From assembly GCA_947311255.1 (NCBI GenBank), contig CAMZKL010000005.1, positions 19,897 through 83,896 on the forward strand: DNA of 64,000 nucleotides. The letters run 5' to 3'. Of this stretch, positions 18,186 to 28,290 are shown piece by piece. This DNA comes from an uncultured Chlorobiota bacterium (GTDB lineage: Bacteria; Bacteroidota; Bacteroidia; Bacteroidales; JAADGE01). The translations under genes and the position numbers were made by a program. Numbering within the stretch: position 1 is the first letter of the stretch; each line of letters begins with the position of its first letter. The notes under the pieces are model-generated. The model saw only the letters and a program-made list of their open reading frames with translations. It was not told where the DNA came from and searched no databases.

Positions 18186-20855
18186 ATGAAAGTTAAATAT
18201 CTTTTTACATTATTGCTTATTTCTCTTTTTGCAGAAACAATACTTTCTCAAACAGTTGTAAAAGGTATTGTAAAAGATAAAAGCAACAAATATATTGAAG
18301 TTAATATTATTGCTTTTGATACTGTAACAAATACAATTGGGGCTTATTCAACTGCAAATAATTTTGGTTATTATGAACTTTATTTAAAGCAAAATAAACA
18401 TTATGAATTGCGTGTAAGTTACCTTGGATATGAAACAGTTAATATTCCAATATTCACTGGAAATAAAAAAATTATTACGAAAAATATTGTTCTTGTTTCA
18501 AAAGAATACTCAATAGAAAAAGTTGAAATAACATACACTCAACCAATAAAAATAAATGGCGATACAATAACTTATGATGCAAATTCATTTTCAACAGGCA
18601 ATGAAAAAAGGCTTGAAGATGTTTTGGGAAATTTACCTGGAGTGGAAGTTTCAAAATCAGGAGAAATTACAGTTAAGGGCAAGAAGGTTAGTAAGATAAT
18701 GGTTGATAATAAAGATTTTTTTAGTGGAGATACTAAACTTGCAACACAAAATATTCCTGCAAATGTTGTAGATAAAATTCAGGTTTTAAATAATTACAGC
18801 GAAGTTGGTATGATGAAAGGTGTAAATGCCATCAATAATAATCCTGTTATAAACATAAAGTTAAAACAAGGGAAAAAGCGTTTTTGGTTTGGAAATATTG
18901 AGGTAGGTGCAGGATATGAGAATAAATATCTGTTAAACCCCAAGTTGTTTTATTACAGTCCAAAAACTTCAATAAATTTTATAGGAAACATAAATAATAC
19001 AGGGAAGCAGTCATTTAATTTTCAGGATTATATACGATTTTCAGGAGGCATTACAAATTTACTTAACGGAAGTAACGGATCTTTTTCATTTAATTCTGAG
19101 GAACTTGGTTTTATGTTGTTGCCGAATAATAGGGCAATGAAAATAAATCCTAAATTCTCGGCTTTAAATATAAACCATATTTTTAGTAAGAGGTTGTTAA
19201 TAAGCAGTTTTGCTATTTTCAATATTGATAATTTTGAAATGAAAAAAAATACTAAAAAAGATTATTTTTTAAATTTAAATTCAGAAAATACGAATTCATT
19301 ATCAAAAATTATCAGTCAATTTGCTTTGTACAATTTCAGAATTAATTATCAGCCTAATTATAAGATTTATTTAGATTATAATTTATATGGAAAATATAAT
19401 GATAGTGAGTTCTTAAATAATATTTATTCTAGTGTTTCAGGGGAAACTGAGACAAGAAAAAATAGTAATATAAATGATTTGAAACAGAATTTTAATTTAT
19501 TTTATTCTGTTGGGAATAAAGGTATTTTGTCAATTAGTTTAAAACATAAGTTTTTTGATAATAATCTAAGCAATTTTTATAATTCAAGAAATAAGGTTTT
19601 TAATTTTCATGAATTTGATGAGATAAACAAACTACATTTTTCTCAAATTAAAGATATTTCGGGAAATGAGTTTAGAGGAAAAACAGAGTTTATATATTTG
19701 TTAAACAAGCAAAATAATATAAGAGTAAATATTGGTAGTGATTATGTGCATAACATATTATTACTTAATACAAAGCAATTTACAAGTGGAAATGAAGTTT
19801 TATTATCAGAAAAGTCTAATTTTTCAAATGAGTTAAATAAAAAGTTGCGTTATTATTATTCAAGTTTAAAATACAAGGCATTAAAAGGCAATCTAACAGC
19901 ATCGGGAGGTATAAAATTACATTATTTTATTTCGGAAAACCAACAAAAAGGAGGCATTTATTTAGATAAGCAAACAAAAATAACACCCGACATTTTCTTG
20001 AAATACAATTTTATGAAAACTAAAAATATTAGTTTCTCTTATAATGCTTCGCCCAATTTTATGGAAATTACAAAATTATCAGAAGCATATGTTTTCGCAT
20101 CATACAACAGCCTTAATTTTGGAAATGCGAATTTAAAATCGAGTTTGTATCATAAGTTCTCGTTAAATTATATGTTTTTTAATAATTTTTCGTTTTCAAA
20201 TACTCATTGGTTTATAAATTATTTAAGACAGATAAATCCTACTGCTATTTCAACTAAGTTAAGTGAAAATTTATTTATCTCAAAATATGAACAATTTAGC
20301 AAAGCAAAAGAAACACTTTCAAGTAATTTTAATTATGAAAAACGTATAAAAAAGTTTAAAGTTTCATTTAAAAATATTCTTACATATTCAACTTATGAAA
20401 ATAAAATTAATGATGAGTTTGCAAGAAATAAACTGTTTTCTCACAAATATAAATTAGGTGTTTCAACTTTTTTTAAAAATGTAGCTAATTTTGAAATTGG
20501 GAGTAATCAAAATTTTACAAATTTCAAACAAAATAATGTAAAAAGTGATTTTATAAATTCAGATTATTTTGCAAATATTGAAATTCCTTTTTTAAAGCAA
20601 TTTATTTTTACTGCGGACTACACATATAACACGAATCGAAAAATACAAAACAAAAGTAAAAAATTTTACTCTTTTTTAAATGCTGATTTATATTACAAGG
20701 CAAAAAATAAAAGTTGGGGGTTTTCAATTTCAGGCGAGAATATTCTCAATACAAAATTGCTTACCAAAATAAACAATAATGACATATTCTATTATAAATC
20801 AGACTATTATACTCAAGGGATTTCTGTATTGTTTTCTATTGTGTATAGAATTTAG
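18186..20855 (+). CDS. outer-membrane beta-barrel protein with carboxypeptidase-regulatory-like and plug-like N-terminal domains (TonB-dependent-receptor-like)
   Basis: The ATG at 18186 gives the signal peptide MKVKYLFTLLLISLFAETILSQ (the track start 18147 is TTG). Also a CarboxypepD_reg-like VVKGIVKDK...YELRVSYLGYETV, a plug-like LGNLPGVEVSKSGEITVKGK, and a long Y/F/N-rich barrel. Confidence 0.8.
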   Translation: MKVKYLFTLLLISLFAETILSQTVVKGIVKDKSNKYIEVNIIAFDTVTNTIGAYSTANNFGYYELYLKQNKHYELRVSYLGYETVNIPIFTGNKKIITKNIVLVSKEYSIEKVEITYTQPIKINGDTITYDANSFSTGNEKRLEDVLGNLPGVEVSKSGEITVKGKKVSKIMVDNKDFFSGDTKLATQNIPANVVDKIQVLNNYSEVGMMKGVNAINNNPVINIKLKQGKKRFWFGNIEVGAGYENKYLLNPKLFYYSPKTSINFIGNINNTGKQSFNFQDYIRFSGGITNLLNGSNGSFSFNSEELGFMLLPNNRAMKINPKFSALNINHIFSKRLLISSFAIFNIDNFEMKKNTKKDYFLNLNSENTNSLSKIISQFALYNFRINYQPNYKIYLDYNLYGKYNDSEFLNNIYSSVSGETETRKNSNINDLKQNFNLFYSVGNKGILSISLKHKFFDNNLSNFYNSRNKVFNFHEFDEINKLHFSQIKDISGNEFRGKTEFIYLLNKQNNIRVNIGSDYVHNILLLNTKQFTSGNEVLLSEKSNFSNELNKKLRYYYSSLKYKALKGNLTASGGIKLHYFISENQQKGGIYLDKQTKITPDIFLKYNFMKTKNISFSYNASPNFMEITKLSEAYVFASYNSLNFGNANLKSSLYHKFSLNYMFFNNFSFSNTHWFINYLRQINPTAISTKLSENLFISKYEQFSKAKETLSSNFNYEKRIKKFKVSFKNILTYSTYENKINDEFARNKLFSHKYKLGVSTFFKNVANFEIGSNQNFTNFKQNNVKSDFINSDYFANIEIPFLKQFIFTADYTYNTNRKIQNKSKKFYSFLNADLYYKAKNKSWGFSISGENILNTKLLTKINNNDIFYYKSDYYTQGISVLFSIVYRI

Positions 20856-21238
20856 TTAATCAAAGATTCTACTTCAATACCAAATTCAGATATTACATCA
20901 AGGACATCGTGGATATGATTATCTGATTTATCTCTAAAATTCCATTTTATTTTGACATTTGCACCCTTTCTTTTGTATGACCTTAAAACATCAAGTATTT
21001 CATACAAGACTCTGCTTGTTCCGGTGTTCATATTATCAATATCGGAAAAAAACAATAAATCACCTTTATTCAATATTGAATATTCTTTTAACCATTTGAT
21101 AACAGGTTTAAAAAAATCATCAGGGTTTTGCATATAAGAATTGCCAGAGATAATACAAGTTCCAGTTTCCGCGTTAAGCTCAACAAAAGGGAATGTATCG
21201 TTACCTATTTTAGGTTTAGTTATTATAAGGTTGTTCAT
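20852..21238 (-). CDS. DUF1987 / SiaC-like protein (second copy)
   Basis: From ATG 21238 (the track start 21268 is TTG): MNNLIITKPKIG..FVELNAETGTCIISGNSYMQNPDDFFKPVIKWLKEY...NMNTGTSR...VKIKWNF, collinear with the 8556-8936 protein. Confidence 0.65.
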   Translation of the reverse strand: MNNLIITKPKIGNDTFPFVELNAETGTCIISGNSYMQNPDDFFKPVIKWLKEYSILNKGDLLFFSDIDNMNTGTSRVLYEILDVLRSYKRKGANVKIKWNFRDKSDNHIHDVLDVISEFGIEVESLIN

Positions 21239-21490
21239 TAAATATGCTATTATTAAATTTAATTGCAAAAATATTTATAAAAATAAAAGAGATTGTTCCT
21301 TTCATAATTAAAAAAGATATTCGTATAACTAATGATATATTTATAAAGAATGGTTGCACAAAAAAACATATTCAATCTTCCTTTTTTACTGGAACTTAAG
21401 AATATTTTTAAATTTAAAAGAAGAATTACTTTTAGTATGTGTACTAGTCTGAGTTCAATATAAGTTTTAGAGACTTTTTAAAAACAAAAA

Positions 21491-24400
21491 TTAAAATGCG
21501 GTTACAATAATTTCTGCAATTCTATTTCTTGCTCGTCCATCTTCTGAATCGTCAGTTGTTTTAGGAAACAAATTACTCAAACCTTTTGTTTTAATTCTAT
21601 GTTCTCTAATACCTCTTTTTATTAGATATGCAGCTACTACTGTTGCTCTTGCCTCAGACAAGCCAGTTGGGTTAAGAATTAGAGCTTCAACATTGTCTGC
21701 GTGTCCTAAAACTTCAATATGTACGGAAGGGTTCAAATATAAAAGGTTTACAATATTATCTAATTCTGCTTTGGCAAGAGGAGATAAAGTTGCACTTTCA
21801 GATTTAAAATTAAGATTATCAGTTTTAATTTCTTCTTCTAAAAATATTTTATTCAATAAAATATCATGATTAAGATTTTCAAATGTTGTAACTTGTTGGA
21901 TGTTTAAATCTGCTTTATATGTCCAATATCCTTTTGCAGTTGTTTTTATATAGTAATTGTCTCCTGCAAAAAACGATGTAAAATAAACACCTGTTCTTTT
22001 ACTTGAAGCTGTTTCAGAAATTAGTTCGTTTGTTTTAGAATTATAAATTGAAACAATTGCATGTAAAGGCATTAAAGAATTTGCATCTTTTGTAATTCCT
22101 CTTAGGTTTGTTTGTTTAATTATTTTAATGTCATCAAATGAAAAGTCATCATCTGCAACATCATCATCGTCAATAAGAAATTCGCTTTCATCAAATGAAA
22201 TTTTCCTTTCTTTTTCATCAAAGTCAAAGCTAACTTCAAAGTTTTTGTAACCGTTAAATTTAACAATATAATATGCTTGTCTTATTGAGAAGTGTTCGTG
22301 AAATATGTTGTTAATCTTTACTTTATAATAATCTGAAACTGGAACAAAAAGCTCAAAATAACCATCTTTATCGGTTAGAGCAGAATATGTTCTATCATTT
22401 CCTTCTACAATAATTTTTATATTATTTATAGGGATATCTCCTAGTGCTGAATTTTTATTTCTATTTAGATGTACCCTTCCAAAAAGTTTATTTCTTTCCA
22501 TAAAAGGAATGTGTAGAACGGTATCTTTAGAGGCTGTAAATTTATATGTTGTGCTTTCACTTTCGTATGTATTATCGAATGAAATCTGAGGTGTATAATT
22601 AATAAGATAGTTCCCCTCAACTATGTTATTGTATTCTACATGTCCTTCTTGATTTGATAATAATTCATTTGGAAGAAATTCTCCATTGTAGTTTGGGTCT
22701 TTATTGTCTTCAATTGGGTTTGCTCTTTGAATGTCAGTAAGAACAGAAGTTACACCGGGTTCATTTGGGTCATGTATTCTGTTTCCGTTGTAGTCTTTAT
22801 AATAAAGAATTTTTAAATCATGGTATTTTAATCTTGGTTGAGAAATATTGAAAGATTTTCTTATTCCTGCTTCAAAATAAGTAGAGGTATAAGATCCTGA
22901 CCCGGAACTATTAGACACTCTTTGTACCGATGATGTGTTTGTAAATCTAAATGACCAACCTTTGCCAATATTCCATTTTATCCCGGTATTAATATTAATC
23001 CTACTATTTTTTGATGATAGATTATTTATATATGAACCTCTCAGAATTAGCCTTACTTTATCGTCTATTAAATCTCTTTCATAATACGGAATAATACTTA
23101 AAGATTTTGAGTCTATATGACTATAAAAATGCGAAAATTGCTGAGAAAGATTATAAGGTCCAATATTATATTTTAAATAAACTCCAAAGTTTTTTTGCAT
23201 AAAACTAGCACCAAACTCAGAAACATTGAATGTTTCTGCTGCTGTTCTTCCTTCGTATGAAATACTATTTAAAACCAAAGAATAATTGTAAACGTTAGTA
23301 AATCCATACTTAGCATATAAAGAGAATGAGTTATCTGAGAATTTGTTATAAACTCTAACCCCAAGATATGCTTTTCCGGAAAATGTAGCAAAATATCCTT
23401 CATCTGGATTTGTTGAATAAGTGTTTGTTGTTTGCTGTTCAAAAATTGGAGCTAAATAGATGCTTATATTTTTTTTAACCCAATATATCATTTGAGGTCT
23501 TAATTGTTGGTAACTAGTGAACTTGTCGTCATGCATTACACTATCTGAAATATATGTAGGTTGGTATTTTTGATTGTAATATTGAATTCTAAAATGTTTA
23601 TTTTCAGAAATTGGTAGGCTTACGTTTGCTTCTGTGTATTGACGTCCTCTTGAATATCCCCAGTAGTTTGAAGTTCCAAAATGACTTCTAAGACTGAATT
23701 TCAGGGATTTTATATTGCCGGCAAAATTTAATCTATATCCCCACCCAGAAGATTTACTTTTTATTAATTGATTGTTTGTGCTTTGACTACTTCCAATAAG
23801 AAGCATTAAATTTTGTTTTAAAATCCTAGTTTTAATTAAACCATACTCTAAATTTGCAGTTGTTTTATATGCCGGTAATTGAGAATAAACTCCTCCTAGT
23901 TCAAAAGTAAAAAGACTTGGGAAACTATGAGAGTAGGAAAGTCCGTAATTGTCTGATTTTTGAAGTAATCTTCGGGTAGCTACTCCTTTAATTTTAATAT
24001 TTTCCCCAATAGATTGAGATATAAATACTCCTCTTCCATACATACTATGTTCAAAGTTTCCTGTATAATCACCAAGAAATATATTTGTTTTTGGTGTATG
24101 AAAATCAATCTTCATTCTACTATTAATCCAAAGATTATTTGTAGAAGGGTCTTGATTATAGTTTTCAAATGAATATACAATATTTTTTTTTCTCTTAAAA
24201 AGAATATTCCCGAAGATTTTTCCAATATATATAGGAGTACTGTTTCCAAAAATATTATATGCAGAAAACTCAATATTTAAAGGATAATTAAGCTCGGAGA
24301 AAATGTTTTTATATTTCCAGTCTAAATATTTAAACCAAACTGTTTTTGAGATTACTGAGTCATGAAGACTAACTTCAAGATTTACTTTGTGTACCCGATA

Positions 24401-25063
24401 TTTCTTATAATCTATATCTTTATTAAGTTGAACTTCATATTTGAAAGTTTTATTTTCCCCGGTTTTAACAAGTCTTTGTTCTACAAGAATATTATCAGTA
24501 CCATTTAAAATCTTGATACTTTTATCGGGTGTGATTTTTATATTAGTAATTTCATCAATATTCCCTTTGTTTTCAACTTTCAATGAGAATGTTGATTTTA
24601 GAGTGTTGTGGTTAAAATATCTTGATTTTTTATTAGTCTTAACATTTATTACTGATTTAACCGGTATTTTGACAAAACAATATTCAGAATCATAAATTGA
24701 TTTATTATTGTCAGTAAGAACAGCAACTATTGCGTATCCAACTCCACCATTTGCATTTTTGGAAACACTAACTCTTACAGGAAATGACAAACTCCCATTT
24801 GGTGGGAGAGATATTTGTTCATATGAAGACCCAATTATTAACCAGTCTTTTGGAGTGTTTAATTTAATATTAAAACTAATCTCATGATTAGATTTATTAC
24901 TTAACAATAAGATATTAAAAATAGACTCTCCCGATTCAATTTCAATTTTATCTTTTAAAAATCTCATATCAATATCACCTCCGTTATTAACTGTTTGAGC
25001 AGAAACAGAATTTAATAACAAAAGAAATATTGGAATCAATAAAAATCTGACTTTTGGTGTCAT
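21491..25063 (-). CDS. 1190-aa OmpA-family outer-membrane protein (N-terminal Ig-like domains, central beta-barrel, C-terminal beta-sandwich domains, OmpA peptidoglycan-binding domain)
   Basis: Signal peptide. Two Ig-like segments (ISLPPNGSLSFPVRVSV; LVKTGENKTFKYEVQL). About 500 aa of alternating aromatic/polar barrel-like sequence ending in ..YFEAGIRKSF. CarboxypepD_reg-like segments (LTDKDGYFELFVP). OmpA-like C-terminus (HIEVLGHADN...LSEARATVVAAYL...NRIAEIIV). Confidence 0.85.
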   Translation of the reverse strand: MTPKVRFLLIPIFLLLLNSVSAQTVNNGGDIDMRFLKDKIEIESGESIFNILLLSNKSNHEISFNIKLNTPKDWLIIGSSYEQISLPPNGSLSFPVRVSVSKNANGGVGYAIVAVLTDNNKSIYDSEYCFVKIPVKSVINVKTNKKSRYFNHNTLKSTFSLKVENKGNIDEITNIKITPDKSIKILNGTDNILVEQRLVKTGENKTFKYEVQLNKDIDYKKYRVHKVNLEVSLHDSVISKTVWFKYLDWKYKNIFSELNYPLNIEFSAYNIFGNSTPIYIGKIFGNILFKRKKNIVYSFENYNQDPSTNNLWINSRMKIDFHTPKTNIFLGDYTGNFEHSMYGRGVFISQSIGENIKIKGVATRRLLQKSDNYGLSYSHSFPSLFTFELGGVYSQLPAYKTTANLEYGLIKTRILKQNLMLLIGSSQSTNNQLIKSKSSGWGYRLNFAGNIKSLKFSLRSHFGTSNYWGYSRGRQYTEANVSLPISENKHFRIQYYNQKYQPTYISDSVMHDDKFTSYQQLRPQMIYWVKKNISIYLAPIFEQQTTNTYSTNPDEGYFATFSGKAYLGVRVYNKFSDNSFSLYAKYGFTNVYNYSLVLNSISYEGRTAAETFNVSEFGASFMQKNFGVYLKYNIGPYNLSQQFSHFYSHIDSKSLSIIPYYERDLIDDKVRLILRGSYINNLSSKNSRININTGIKWNIGKGWSFRFTNTSSVQRVSNSSGSGSYTSTYFEAGIRKSFNISQPRLKYHDLKILYYKDYNGNRIHDPNEPGVTSVLTDIQRANPIEDNKDPNYNGEFLPNELLSNQEGHVEYNNIVEGNYLINYTPQISFDNTYESESTTYKFTASKDTVLHIPFMERNKLFGRVHLNRNKNSALGDIPINNIKIIVEGNDRTYSALTDKDGYFELFVPVSDYYKVKINNIFHEHFSIRQAYYIVKFNGYKNFEVSFDFDEKERKISFDESEFLIDDDDVADDDFSFDDIKIIKQTNLRGITKDANSLMPLHAIVSIYNSKTNELISETASSKRTGVYFTSFFAGDNYYIKTTAKGYWTYKADLNIQQVTTFENLNHDILLNKIFLEEEIKTDNLNFKSESATLSPLAKAELDNIVNLLYLNPSVHIEVLGHADNVEALILNPTGLSEARATVVAAYLIKRGIREHRIKTKGLSNLFPKTTDDSEDGRARNRIAEIIVTAF

Positions 25064-25103
25064 TAATTGAGATTAGGGATATTGAAAAGAAAAGTTCTTG
25101 AAA

Positions 25104-25625
25104 CTATTCTGGTTCTAAAGTATATAAAATTTCAGCATAATAATAATCTGGGGTTTTTCCAATTAACGAATTATTAGCAACATAAACACTTTTTCCGCAA
25201 TGATATGAAATAAACAAATTAGTTAAAACACCCGGAACAGTTGTTTGTTGCCCATCCTCAACCAAGTTAGTTGGAACGGGAGATAAAACAGCATGAGAAA
25301 CATCATTAAAGTATGTTGCTGCTGCATCGTCTCCTGTTATGGAAAATTCTATAGTATTAAGCGGCAAGCTATTTCCAGCATCACCCTGAATTACAGGAGT
25401 AGTAGCTTCCACACTCAATTTCCACTCCCGTAGGGGGTTTCCTAAGTCTTCAAAAAAAACAGTCAAATGCGTCCAATTATTATATGAAACACCATTATTA
25501 TAATGGTCTAATAATTGAAAATTAAAATTAATATTACTGCCCGACTGTATTGTTAATCTTGAAGTAACTTGTCCAGATAAGCTTAATGTACCACAAACCA
25601 GAAATAAAAATATTATATACTTCAT
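25104..25625 (-). CDS. small secreted beta-strand protein, paralogue of 25678-26271 (candidate fibre subunit)
   Basis: ATG at 25625 (the track start is TTG). Signal peptide. Shares LDHYNNGV / THLTV / SLPLNTIEFSIT / PDYYYAEILYTL blocks with its neighbour. Confidence 0.65.
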   Translation of the reverse strand: MKYIIFLFLVCGTLSLSGQVTSRLTIQSGSNINFNFQLLDHYNNGVSYNNWTHLTVFFEDLGNPLREWKLSVEATTPVIQGDAGNSLPLNTIEFSITGDDAAATYFNDVSHAVLSPVPTNLVEDGQQTTVPGVLTNLFISYHCGKSVYVANNSLIGKTPDYYYAEILYTLEPE

Positions 25626-25677
25626 CAAGAACAATAAATCACTATAAAATAAAACAAATTTTATAATTTAAAAATTG

Positions 25678-26271
25678 TTAATGCTGACTTAGTTCAAGAA
25701 TAACATTTACAACGTATCTATCAGATGTAATACTTTGTGCTAACAATGATGAACCATTCATACTACCTTCTCCTGTCCCAAGTCTCCATTCAAGAGTGAA
25801 AAGATTTTGATTAATGTCCCCTGCACCTGCTCCCAAATAATTACCAGCAATAATTGTAGCTGCTGCATTTGTAAGTGGTTGAACTCCTGCAAGTAAATCC
25901 CAGTTTGTACCATCAGCTCCTGTGCCTTGTTCAGTTACTTCATAACCTAAATTATTTAAAGGAATATTATGCGTAGCATCATCAACTCCAAAGAAATCTG
26001 TTGCATCTGCCATTAAAGTTACATCAAAATCAACGGATGAAGCTACAGTAAAATGTGTTTGATAAAGTGCATTTGGTTGTCCAACACCGTTTGTATATTG
26101 ATCAATAGTGTTAATAACATACTCAAGATTTCCTCCTCCGGTTACATTTAATCTTAAAATTGAATTTAAAGTAATCCCCACAGGAATAATTCCTTGATCA
26201 GAAACCGGCTGTGAAAACATAGTTCCTATTGAAAGGATAATTGCTAAAATTGAAATTGTAAATTTTTTCAT
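25678..26271 (-). CDS. small secreted beta-strand protein (candidate major fibre subunit)
   Basis: Signal peptide MKKFTISILAIILSIGTMFSQ. Gly/Thr/Asn-rich 197-aa protein with no Cys lipobox. Blocks IDQYTNGV / THFTV / NIPLNNLGYEVT / SDRYVVNVILEL. Confidence 0.7.
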   Translation of the reverse strand: MKKFTISILAIILSIGTMFSQPVSDQGIIPVGITLNSILRLNVTGGGNLEYVINTIDQYTNGVGQPNALYQTHFTVASSVDFDVTLMADATDFFGVDDATHNIPLNNLGYEVTEQGTGADGTNWDLLAGVQPLTNAAATIIAGNYLGAGAGDINQNLFTLEWRLGTGEGSMNGSSLLAQSITSDRYVVNVILELSQH

Positions 26272-26340
26272 TATATTTGAATTTAAATGGTTAAAAAATT
26301 AAAGTTTTAATATGTAAAAGTACTAGTTTATTTTGAAATA

Positions 26341-28248
26341 TCAAATATTATTTGGAAATAGTTTAAACCCAATTAAGATTATATCGTCAGTTTGGTCAAC
26401 ATTTCCTTGCCATTTTTGTAAAAAAAGTTTTAAAATATCTCTTTGATTTTCCATAGGTTTTTTATGAATTTCAAATAATAGATTCCTAAAAAACTTAGAC
26501 ATTAGTTTTCTTCCAGTTTCCTCTCCTGTTTGGTCAGCAAATCCATCTGAGAATATATATACCGTGATAGGCTCATCTATTTCTATAGAATAGTTTGTAA
26601 ATCTTTTTGTTTCAGTTTTATCAAAAATAACCCCTCCAATAGGTTTAATATCTCCTTTTATTCTTTCTAATTTATTGTCTTTAATATATATTAGAGGGTT
26701 CTTAGCTCCCGCAAATTCCAATATGTTGTTTTTTTTGTCATAACAACACATAGACATATCCATTCCATCTCTATTGTCAGATGTGTCTTGTCTTAATGAT
26801 TTTCTTACCCCTTCATGTAATTCATCTAGAATTTTTGCAGGTTCATAAATTTTCTTTTGTTCAATTATATTTTCAAGCAAATTATAACTCATAATTGATA
26901 AAAATGCACCTGGTACTCCATGCCCTGTACAATCAATTGTTGAAACAAAAGTTTTTTCAATTGGTTCATCTTCTCCATTTTCAATTACAATGTTTTTAAA
27001 CCAATAAAAATCACCACTAACTTTATCTCTTGGTTTAAAAAAGACAAATGAATTGTCTATGTATTTATTTAAATTCCTTTGTGGAGGAAGTAATGCTCTT
27101 TGGATATTAACAGCATAATTAATACTTGAATTTATATCATAATTTTGACTTTCAATTTTCATGAAAGCACTGGTAAGTTCTTCATTCTTTATTTCAATTT
27201 TTTTATTTTGTTCTGCAATTTTTTGGTTAGTTATTGATAACATCTTATTATGTTGTTTTCTTCTTTTTATGTTAAAAAGCAATACAAGAGCAATTAATAG
27301 ACCAAAAGCTACTATACTAGAAAATATTATCAATGTTAATCTTTGTTGGGCTTTATCTCTGTTAAGTTCAGCCTTTACTAATTCGTTTTTCATTTTTTCT
27401 TGCTCAACAATAGCTTCAACACGTGCAATTGAATCGTTTTTAGCTTTAATCATAGCTCGTTGAATTTCAATAGCTCTGTTTAGAGTATCTTCAATAAACT
27501 CTTTATTTTTTTTCATTAATTCATATTCGAGCTGTTTTGTTTTTGCTTCTGCATCTTTAATGCTGAGTTCTGCAATTGATTTAATTCTTTCTTCTGTTAC
27601 CAACTCTTTTGTTTTTGTGTCCTTAAAGTGTTGTCTATATGAAGCAAACTTATCAAGATATTCGGCTGCTTTTTGTTCATTGCCAATTTTTTGGTAATTT
27701 TCAGCAAGCATTCTATAGCTTATAAGAAGTAGTTTTGGATTTTGAATTTCATTTGCAATATCAAGAGCTCTAATTGTATTTTTTATTGCATTTTTATAAT
27801 CTTCCTTAATTGCTAAAACATATGCATAATCTAATAGCCCTGATGAAATTTGAGATTTATCTCCTAAATTTTTTCTTATTTTTAAACTTTTTTGAAAATA
27901 TAATAACGCTTTGTCATTTTGATCTAAATTTGCATGCAACAACCCTAAATTACTGTATATTTTCATTACATTTTGAAAATCTTTAATTTGCCCATAAATT
28001 TTATATGATTCTTTAAAATAAGGTATTGCTTTTTTGTTTTCTCCTTTATTTAAACAAAATCTACCAGCTTTGTAATATTGATTTGCAGCTTTTTTATTTT
28101 CATCGTTTTTTTGATATTCTTTGGCAGAAACCAAATATTTATTTAGTTTTTCTTTGTCTTTATCTGAAAATTGAGAAAAAGAATGAAAATTAAAAGAAAG
28201 TAATAAAATTACTATCAAAAAAACAGTATAATTTATATTTAATTTCAT
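26341..28248 (-). CDS. TPR-sensor, single-TM, PP2C/SpoIIE-family protein phosphatase
   Basis: Signal/anchor, about 6 TPRs, a TM segment (LTLIIFSSIVAFGLLIALVLLF), a coiled coil, then SGDFYWF, DCTGHGVPGAFLS, SDGFADQ and DDIILIGFKL PPM/SpoIIE motifs. Confidence 0.85.
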   Translation of the reverse strand: MKLNINYTVFLIVILLLSFNFHSFSQFSDKDKEKLNKYLVSAKEYQKNDENKKAANQYYKAGRFCLNKGENKKAIPYFKESYKIYGQIKDFQNVMKIYSNLGLLHANLDQNDKALLYFQKSLKIRKNLGDKSQISSGLLDYAYVLAIKEDYKNAIKNTIRALDIANEIQNPKLLLISYRMLAENYQKIGNEQKAAEYLDKFASYRQHFKDTKTKELVTEERIKSIAELSIKDAEAKTKQLEYELMKKNKEFIEDTLNRAIEIQRAMIKAKNDSIARVEAIVEQEKMKNELVKAELNRDKAQQRLTLIIFSSIVAFGLLIALVLLFNIKRRKQHNKMLSITNQKIAEQNKKIEIKNEELTSAFMKIESQNYDINSSINYAVNIQRALLPPQRNLNKYIDNSFVFFKPRDKVSGDFYWFKNIVIENGEDEPIEKTFVSTIDCTGHGVPGAFLSIMSYNLLENIIEQKKIYEPAKILDELHEGVRKSLRQDTSDNRDGMDMSMCCYDKKNNILEFAGAKNPLIYIKDNKLERIKGDIKPIGGVIFDKTETKRFTNYSIEIDEPITVYIFSDGFADQTGEETGRKLMSKFFRNLLFEIHKKPMENQRDILKLFLQKWQGNVDQTDDIILIGFKLFPNNI

Positions 28249-28290
28249 TTTTGAGTTGAATTAAAACTATAAATATTTAATTCTAAACGA

